A stretch of DNA of 64,000 bases from the IMG/VR virus record IMGVR_UViG_3300045988_174665, one strand, 5' to 3'. The notes below the pieces were generated by a model. It made no database searches. It saw nothing but the letters and a program-made list of their open reading frames with translations, and was not told the origin of the DNA. The DNA is from a virus. Below are positions 58,057-63,015 of the stretch, in pieces. How positions within the stretch are numbered: the first letter of the stretch is position 1; each line of letters begins with the position of its first letter. Position numbers and translations under genes: made by a program.

Positions 58057-58818
58057 TTAGGACAATTGTACAACCTCGTCCAGTAATAAAGTCATATTGG
58101 AAGTTAATGGTTGGTTTGCGTGGAAATGCCCACAATACCAATGTGTGAAAGTAATTTTATCATAAACCTCTTCTAAAAATTCTTCCATAGAAGTATCCGC
58201 TTCTCCATAATTAAAAGGAAGAAATAATTCTGTGGGTTCATATTTAAGTGGACAAGTATGACTAAAAATATAATCATATGAGTTATTTTTTGAAATAATT
58301 TCAAAAATTTCCTTTTTCTTCTCTTCATCCATTTGTTCATCGGGATACCAATATCCCCTTTTATGAACTACTCTCCAATATTTATCAATTGAATACGCCC
58401 CACCAAGTACAAGACACTTTTTCCCTAAAATTGTAATTACTCCATCATCAGGGAATAAAATATTAGAATACTTTTTTTCTACCCAACAATTACATTTTAA
58501 ATCTCCTCTACATTGAATTTTTTGATAAGAAGGAATATGCTCGGGGCGGCAATCGTGATTACCTTGAATACAAATTAAAGTAATTGGTAAATTACTAATT
58601 TTTTGCTTAATCTTTTCTCTATAAGACTTACTTTTATCTATAAGAGGCTCTCCCCATTTTAAACCAGTATTCATTTCATCATAAATATATCCATAATTGA
58701 TTCCAGTATCACCCAAAAGAATTAAATAATCTTCTTTAGTGGTATTATTTTCCCTGCAAAATTGAGGTAAAAAGCCAAACTGACCGTGAGTATCCCCTCT
58801 TACAAAAATTCTTCCCAT
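58057..58818 (-). CDS. Ser/Thr-phosphatase-type metallophosphoesterase
   Basis: ORF 58057..58911 runs into the tRNA-Gln gene. Start set to MGRIFVRGDTHG (58818), which follows GAGGAGAAAGGA. Motifs GDTHG, GD, GNHD and GHFH. Confidence 0.75.
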   Translation of the reverse strand: MGRIFVRGDTHGQFGFLPQFCRENNTTKEDYLILLGDTGINYGYIYDEMNTGLKWGEPLIDKSKSYREKIKQKISNLPITLICIQGNHDCRPEHIPSYQKIQCRGDLKCNCWVEKKYSNILFPDDGVITILGKKCLVLGGAYSIDKYWRVVHKRGYWYPDEQMDEEKKKEIFEIISKNNSYDYIFSHTCPLKYEPTELFLPFNYGEADTSMEEFLEEVYDKITFTHWYCGHFHANQPLTSNMTLLLDEVVQLS

Positions 58819-58863
58819 TCCTTTCTCCTCTCTTATATACAAAAATCCCTTATAAAGGGAACT

Positions 58864-58938
58864 TGGCAGCGGAGAAGAGAATCGAACTCCTACCCGTTGG
58901 GTCAAAGCCAACTGTACTAACCGTTATACTACTCCGCT
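58864..58938 (-). tRNA. tRNA-Gln (anticodon UUG)
   Basis: Hand-folded cloverleaf: acceptor AGCGGAG/CTCCGCT, anticodon arm GTTGG-CTTTGAC-CCAAC, T-loop TTCGATT, G73, CCA encoded. Confidence 0.85.
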
Positions 58939-59574
58939 ATATTTAATTTAATAACTTATTTTAGCCATATAAAGACCTTCGCCTTACTTTGATTTAGTTT
59001 TCTTCTATATTCAGCCACTAAGAAAACATACTTGAGCCTTGGGGAGCTACCCCAAAACGATATGCCCTATACCTCTTTAGAGGCAACTAAGCTTAGAAGG
59101 GAATGATTACCCTTAACTTTCACCCACCATCCAAAAAATATAATATCTTTTTAACATAAAAGGTATTTTCATCATTGTTTTTCTATTTACGGTATTGAGC
59201 TACTCGCACATTAAACTTGCCTTATAGTTAAGTTACCTTAACATCACTACCACACCCCTTATTTGAGTTACTAAGGTTTGCTAATTTCTCAGGTTAGCCT
59301 AACTTAGCTTATTCTTTCACTGAAAGCGTCTATTACGGAGCGGACAAGAATTTGCCTTTAAAAGCAACTAATCAAGCACATCTTTCCCACCAAGAAGACC
59401 CGTCTTTTATCTCCGCCCTTATTAGGTCACCCTAATAAGTTCTCGTTGATTTAAAGTATCCTTAAAATCCTTACTAATTGGAATTATTGGAAAGATTCTC
59501 GGCACGATGGCATTCGTCTTCACCGAGGTTTATATGATTAAAATAAACTATTAAATTTTCAAGGTACAATTAAA
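58939..59574 (-). ncRNA. about 636-nt ORF-free structured spacer: candidate large ncRNA (ROOL/GOLLD-like context)
   Basis: No ORF of 60 aa or more on either strand. Many hairpins on the minus strand, e.g. CUUAUUAGG-GUGA-CCUAAUAAG, UUGGGG-UAGC-UCCCCAA, CUCGG...CCGAG and GGCGGA...UCCGCU. Flanked by tRNA genes. Confidence 0.4.
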
Positions 59575-59648
59575 TGGAGTGGATAAAGGGAATCGAACCC
59601 TCATCCTCGGTTTGGAAGACCAATGTTTTACCATTAAACTATATCCAC
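59575..59648 (-). tRNA. tRNA-Gly (anticodon UCC)
   Basis: Acceptor GTGGATA/TATCCAC, anticodon arm TTGGT-CTTCCAA-ACCGA, U73, CCA encoded. Confidence 0.85.
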
Positions 59649-59684
59649 ATTTATTACCTTAAATTTTATAAGGCAAAATAAATT

Positions 59685-59924
59685 TTAATCTTCTTTAATC
59701 TCTGGCTCAATAATAATAAAATCTCTTATCTTCATCCAGATATCATTTTCACTTTCTACCCACAGCTCATTAAATTCAAGAGCGTGCAAAGCACCTAAAA
59801 CAGATTTTGCATTAACACAAAAACCATTACTATCCTTTACCACGATTTTACCCTCAAGCTGTGAAGTAATATGAGCAAAATTAATTGCATCACTTGAAGT
59901 ATCTAATCTAATCTTTGCTCTCAT
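59685..59924 (-). CDS. small HPr-like domain protein (tentative)
   Basis: 79 aa. VNAKSVLGALHALEF..L.VESEND resembles the HPr core (NAKS...L....G....I.A.G.D). Embedded in the tRNA island with its own promoter-leader. Confidence 0.35.
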   Translation of the reverse strand: MRAKIRLDTSSDAINFAHITSQLEGKIVVKDSNGFCVNAKSVLGALHALEFNELWVESENDIWMKIRDFIIIEPEIKED

Positions 59925-59959
59925 TTTTTTTATCCTTCCTTTCTTAACTTTCTATAAAT

Positions 59960-59988
59960 ATTATATAGAAATTTTAAAAGATTTTCAA
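59960..59988 (-). promoter_or_regulatory. conserved promoter-leader (minus strand)
   Basis: TTGAAA (59988-83), 17 bp, TATAAT (59965-60). Confidence 0.45.
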
Positions 59989-59992
59989 ATTT

Positions 59993-60069
59993 TGGTGCTC
60001 TTGAAAGGATTCGAACCTTCACTTGATAGAGCCTAAATCTATTGCCTCTTCCAATTGGGCTACAAGAGC
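59993..60069 (-). tRNA. tRNA with anticodon UAG (Leu by anticodon) but a short variable loop
   Basis: Acceptor GCTCTTG/CAAGAGC, anticodon arm ATAGA-TTTAGGC-TCTAT, 5-nt variable loop, A73, CCA. The acceptor stem nearly matches that of the tRNA-Ile(UAU) gene. Confidence 0.6.
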
Positions 60070-60190
60070 ATATAAAGCTTTTAATTAAGCGAATACATTT
60101 TTCAGTATTACTTTAAATGCGGAGGCTATCAAATCTCACTTCCCTCACATACTTAATTTGGCGATTTGACCTAACCATAAGCTTTTTTAA

Positions 60191-60264
60191 TGGAGATACT
60201 ATTTGGAATTGAACCAAAAATCAAGCTTTTGCAGAGCCTTGCCTTACCATTTGGCTATAGTATC
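60191..60264 (-). tRNA. tRNA-Cys (anticodon GCA)
   Basis: Acceptor GATACTA/TAGTATC, anticodon loop CTGCAAA, U73, CCA. Confidence 0.8.
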
Positions 60265-60267
60265 ATA

Positions 60268-60343
60268 TGGAGCTTCTAGTCAGATTCGAACTGACGGTCT
60301 TTGGATTACTAAACCAATGCTTTACCAACTAAGCTACAGAAGC
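60268..60343 (-). tRNA. tRNA-Thr (anticodon AGU, tentative)
   Basis: Acceptor GCTTCTG/TAGAAGC, anticodon arm TTGGT-TTAGTAA-TCCAA with a U-U at positions 31-39. G1-C72 and C2-G71 fit Thr identity. A34 is unusual for bacteria. Confidence 0.6.
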
Positions 60344-60528
60344 ATAATCTTATTGTCTAGACTTTGACCACACTTAATGTTTGGATAAGATACTCAAACT
60401 TGGGTTTACCTATATCGTCGCTCCCTCAAACCACGGAGTATTTTTCGATTATACTCAACGCCTTCTTTCATCGCCCAAATATGGCAGGTATTTATTCCAT
60501 TATTATAATTTTAAAATTATAATATAAT

Positions 60529-60612
60529 TGGTAGGAGAGGATGGATTCGAACCATCGAAGCGAAACGCAACAGATTTACAGTCTGCCCCTTTTACCACTC
60601 AGGAACTCTCCT
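60529..60612 (-). tRNA. tRNA-Tyr (anticodon GUA), class II
   Basis: Acceptor AGGAGAG/CTCTCCT, anticodon arm GCAGA-CTGTAAA-TCTGT, long variable arm, CCA. Directly abuts tRNA-Lys. Confidence 0.8.
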
Positions 60613-60688
60613 TGGTGTGCCATCGGAGATTCGAACTCCGGACTTCTTGATTAAAAGTCAAGTATTCTACCAACTGAATTAATGGCAC
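60613..60688 (-). tRNA. tRNA-Lys (anticodon UUU)
   Basis: Acceptor GTGCCAT/ATGGCAC, anticodon arm CTTGA-CTTTTAA-TCAAG, A73, CCA. Confidence 0.85.
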
Positions 60689-60827
60689 AAATTTAATAAG
60701 AATGACACTCTTTGCTTGTATATTCGCAATGACCATCTCATTCTTATCTTTAAATTACTTAAAACCAGAGGGTGACAATCCTCATTTCCATAAAGGCGAT
60801 AGATGCCCGTTCTATCCTTGGTTTTAA

Positions 60828-60904
60828 TGGTGCTCTTAGATAGGATTGAACTATCAACCTCTCACTTATAAGGTGAGTGCTCTAACCAACTGAGCTATAA
60901 GAGC
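60828..60904 (-). tRNA. tRNA-Ile (anticodon UAU)
   Basis: Acceptor GCTCTTA/TAAGAGC, D arm GCTC-AGTTGGTTA-GAGC, anticodon arm CTCAC-CTTATAA-GTGAG, A73, CCA. Confidence 0.8.
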
Positions 60905-61212
60905 ATTTAAACTAAATAAGACGCATCTTATTTAGTTAGGCTTTATCCGCAGAATCAGCCGCAATTCATCATTTTAGTCTTACAAACCCACTTACTAAGA
61001 CTTGCTTTGATTTCGTTCAAAGGTTTTTCTAAAGCGGTTACGCCAATTTTTTAAAATTGGAAAAACTAATTAAATTAATTAGACAGAGAATCTTCTCTTT
61101 TTTAAGAATAGATATAATACTGGTAATTTACATCCGCTTTTAGTTATTTCTTCTTTTAAAGAAATCCCTTCAATTACAGTCCTATTGCGGCAAGGGCTAA
61201 CAGTATTTTTAG
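60905..61212 (-). ncRNA. about 308-nt ORF-free structured spacer (candidate ncRNA)
   Basis: Minus-strand hairpins CCAAUUUU/AAAAUUGG, GUCUUA...UAAGAC, AUUUCUU...AAGAAAU, an 11-bp stem ACUAAAUAAGA/UCUUAUUUAGU, and long-range AAGCGG/CCGCUU. Confidence 0.3.
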
Positions 61213-61280
61213 GGGAAGCAACGAGGCTTGAACTCGTACCAATCCTAGGAATTATTCTAACCAATTGAAACTATACTTCC
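61213..61280 (-). tRNA. tRNA-like gene with a truncated anticodon arm (no usable anticodon loop, no encoded CCA)
   Basis: Acceptor GGAAGTA/TGCTTCC, D arm GTTT-CAATTGGTTA-GAAT and T arm ACGAG-TTCAAGC-CTCGT are present. Only 15 nt (ATTCCTAGGATTGGT) occupy the place of the anticodon arm plus variable loop. Confidence 0.45.
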
Positions 61281-61309
61281 CTTAACAGTCAACTTAATCA
61301 TTGACTTAA

Positions 61310-61385
61310 TGGCTCTTACAGCAGGACTCGAACCTGCAACTCTCTGATTAACAGTCAGATGCTCTACCGATTGAACTATGTAAGA
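61310..61385 (-). tRNA. tRNA-Asn (anticodon GUU)
   Basis: Acceptor TCTTACA/TGTAAGA, anticodon arm TCTGA-CTGTTAA-TCAGA, G73, CCA. Confidence 0.8.
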
Positions 61386-61767
61386 ATATTTAAAGGTGCA
61401 GGGATAGCCTAACCCCACATCGAGCAGGAAAACACCAAGAATTTTTCTGCTCATTGTTTAAGCATCCCGACCAGTTTCTCGGTAACTGCGGCCAAGGCTT
61501 CCTTTTCGTTATATCCCGTTAGTAGAAACCATCAATTTTTCTTCTAAGGCAGATAACTCCAGTACTGCACTAACTTCTGGATATACGTTCAAGCAAGTAT
61601 CACTTACCAAGTTTAACGACATTGACAAGTCGGCTAGATTAGATATAGAATTTTAATCTATACCCTACATATGGGAAGGACAATGACCTGGCTGTTTTTA
61701 CTCTATAGGTTTCAGCCTAACTATTAGAGTAAGGAATCTCATCTTTCTGAGGCGTCACATTGTCCTC
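61386..61767 (-). ncRNA. about 382-nt ORF-free structured spacer (candidate ncRNA)
   Basis: Long-range GGACAAUG/CAUUGUCC, hairpins UACUCUAAUAG...CUAUAGAGUA, GAGCAG...CUGCUC and CCGA-GAAACUGG-UCGG. The track ORFs here (61079-61454) are spurious. Confidence 0.35.
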
Positions 61768-61848
61768 TGGAGCAGATGAAGAGAATCGAACTCCTGCTAT
61801 CAGTTTCAGTTCGGAGAACTGATGTACTAACCACTATACTACATCTGC
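61768..61848 (-). tRNA. non-canonical tRNA-like gene (anticodon loop UCUCCGA with C33; 10-nt variable region)
   Basis: Good acceptor (GCAGATG/CATCTGC), D and T arms, and CCA. The anticodon stem 3' strand is duplicated (ACTGA-A-ACTGA). Reads as UCC only if C33 is tolerated. Confidence 0.45.
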
Positions 61849-61860
61849 ATATAAGATAAT

Positions 61861-61936
61861 TGGCTGTTCATTGGAGATTCGAACTCCAGACCACCGTGTA
61901 CACCAGTAGCTCTTCCTAACTGAGACTTAATGAACA
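61861..61936 (-). tRNA. non-canonical tRNA-like gene (anticodon uncertain)
   Basis: Acceptor TGTTCAT/ATGAACA, T arm TGGAG-TTCGAAT-CTCCA, CCA. The best anticodon arm, TACTG-GTGTACA-CGGTG, has pyrimidine 37 and a 3-nt variable loop. Confidence 0.4.
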
Positions 61937-62304
61937 ATATATTATAAATACTAGATTCAGATAAGCAAGACTTTACAAATCTCTAGAATATCCGTGAAAT
62001 AATCGTTATGTCTGCAGAACATATAATTATTTCATCCTACTTATCTGGTAAGCTTTCTTGGGCGAGATGAACTTACTAACTCTACCTTAGAATAAAAATA
62101 GCATCTAACATCATTTTATCCCTCTATAGAGATTTACTTAAATTTTAGTTATACAAGCAGCCCGTGTTTACCGTTACACTAACAACCGCATATATTGCCT
62201 TGCTTGTGATATAAGCTCTGCAAAGCATAGAGTTTGTATCGTACCACTCAATCCCTTATTTATTCGCTTTATTTTAGGTATCTAATAATTGCGATTAGAT
62301 TTAC
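61937..62304 (-). ncRNA. about 368-nt ORF-free structured spacer (candidate ncRNA)
   Basis: Hairpins GAAAUAAU...AUUAUUUC (with a nested AUGU...ACAU), ACAAGCA...UGCUUGU, GCUU-AUAUCAC-AAGC and UCUAAU...AUUAGA. Confidence 0.3.
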
Positions 62305-62395
62305 TGGCGGCGAGGGTGAGATTCGAACTCACACACCTCTTTCCAGCTACTAACAGTTTAGCAAACTGCTTCCTTACCATTAGGATTACCTCGCC
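62305..62395 (-). tRNA. tRNA-Ser (anticodon GCU), class II
   Basis: Acceptor GGCGAGG/CCTCGCC, anticodon arm GCAGT-TTGCTAA-ACTGT, long variable arm, G73, CCA. Confidence 0.8.
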
Positions 62396-62398
62396 ATA

Positions 62399-62426
62399 TG
62401 GCTAGAGTGGTTGGACTCGAACCAAC
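62399..62426 (-). other. isolated tRNA 3' half (T arm, acceptor 3' strand, GCCA) fused to ncRNA unit B
   Basis: GTTGG-TTCGAGT-CCAAC-CACTCTA-G-CCA, with no complementary TAGAGTG 5' strand anywhere nearby. Lies 2 nt after unit B and 3 nt before tRNA-Ser. Confidence 0.5.
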
Positions 62427-62428
62427 TT

Positions 62429-62512
62429 ATATTCGGAAATTTAAAGTTCTTATAATATAGATTAAAAGTCTATTCCTAATGGGTAGAAGGATGAACCTCA
62501 ACAGCCGAATAT
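62429..62512 (-). ncRNA. structured RNA unit B of a five-member paralogous array
   Basis: Outer helix AUAUUCGG/CCGAAUAU; internal loop CUGU/AAUUU; inner helix UGAGGUUC/GAACUUUA (two G-U pairs); AUCCUUCUA; hairpins UCCU...AGGA and AUAGA-CUUUUAA-UCUAU. Confidence 0.6.
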
Positions 62513-62532
62513 TTATTTAACTTACATTAAAT

Positions 62533-62561
62533 ATTATAGCATATATTTTATTATTTGTCAA
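62533..62561 (-). promoter_or_regulatory. consensus promoter driving ncRNA unit B and downstream tRNAs
   Basis: Minus strand: TTGACA (62561-56), 17 bp, TATAAT (62538-33). Lies about 20 nt upstream of the unit B outer helix. Confidence 0.6.
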
Positions 62562-62591
62562 ATATTTTTTATTATTTAAAATTTGTTCGAT

Positions 62592-62721
62592 GCGGTAATT
62601 TTAACATCTACATAATACTATTGCACTACCAACTGTGCTACATCCCGCTTTAATGGGATGGTGGGAATCGAACCCACATCACATAGTCCCCTGATATAGA
62701 AGGATGATGTTAGTCAGCCGC
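62592..62721 (-). ncRNA. structured RNA unit A carrying a circularly permuted tRNA-like module
   Basis: GCGG-CUGAC-UAACAUC-AUCCUUCUAUAUCAGG-GG-ACUAU-GUGAU-[GUGGG UUCGAUU CCCAC]-[CAUCCC AUUAAAGC GGGAUG]-UA-[GCAC AGUUGGUA GUGC]-A-AUAGU-...-GAUGUUA-AAAUUA-CCGC. Confidence 0.65.
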
Positions 62722-62735
62722 ATATTTTTTATATT

Positions 62736-62812
62736 GTGGAAATTTGTTTCTCTAAAATCTTAATCCCAAATCAAGTGCTTGTTAGCGTAGAAGGATGAAA
62801 AACAATAGCCAC
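62736..62812 (-). ncRNA. structured RNA unit C
   Basis: GUGG-CUAU-UGUUUUUC-AUCCUUCUA...GAGAAACA-AAUUU-CCAC, with one G-U pair in the inner helix. Confidence 0.55.
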
Positions 62813-62825
62813 TTTGAGAAAGAGA

Positions 62826-62888
62826 TGTGGGAATTTAATGCTCTTTTAAAACCGTTTATTATATAGAAGGATGAGCATTACAGCCACA
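62826..62888 (-). ncRNA. structured RNA unit D
   Basis: GUGG-CUG-UAAUGCUC-AUCCUUCUA...GAGCAUUA-AAUUC-CCAC. Confidence 0.55.
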
Positions 62889-62899
62889 AATTATAAATA

Positions 62900-62991
62900 G
62901 TGGAAATCGGACTTTCTATCTTATTATTATGGAGGTGGCTAAACCACCGAAATTCTTTTTTTTTCTTAGAAGGAAGAAAGTCCATAGCCAC
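62900..62991 (-). ncRNA. structured RNA unit E
   Basis: GUGG-CUAU-GGACUUUC-UUCCUUCUA...GAAAGUCC-GAUUU-CCAC, with an internal hairpin GGUGG-UUUAG-CCACC. Confidence 0.55.
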
Positions 62992-63015
62992 AATAACTTC
63001 ATTTTATTTCACAAA

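Noticed and set aside
58819-58911. N-terminal extension of the phosphatase ORF (MALTQRVGVRFSS...).
   Set aside because: The extension is the translation of the tRNA-Gln gene. A strong RBS (GAGGAGAAAGGA) precedes the internal ATG at 58818, where the GDTHG motif begins.
58939-59574. The 636-nt spacer might be a tmRNA, or a group I intron interrupting a tRNA.
   Set aside because: It has no T-loop (GTTCGAATC-type) or acceptor/CCA end and no GGGG...CCCCACCA pairing as expected for tmRNA. The flanking tRNA-Gln and tRNA-Gly are both complete, so nothing is interrupted. I could not recognise the P3-P7 core by eye, so the intron idea remains only a scan target.
61079-61454. Track ORFs 61079..61264 and 61257..61454 (and 62900..63136 on the plus strand).
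   Set aside because: They overlap tRNA or tRNA-like genes and structured spacers, lack RBSs, and one translates straight through tRNA-Asn.
62932-62965. Plus-strand hairpin GGTGG-CTAAA-CCACC followed by a T9 run, which looks like a terminator.
   Set aside because: The T-run is separated from the stem by 7 nt and no plus-strand gene ends nearby. The hairpin sits inside ncRNA unit E, read on the minus strand.
62429-62991. Plus-strand mini-ORFs starting at the repeated TAGAAGGATGA (e.g. MNLNSRIFI, MSITATNYK, MKNNSHFEKEMWEF...).
   Set aside because: The SD-like AAGGA abuts the ATG with no spacing. Peptide lengths and sequences are not conserved, and one copy lacks the ATG. The flanking helices show compensatory changes, with G-U pairs valid only on the minus strand. 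An RNA element on the minus strand explains the conservation better.
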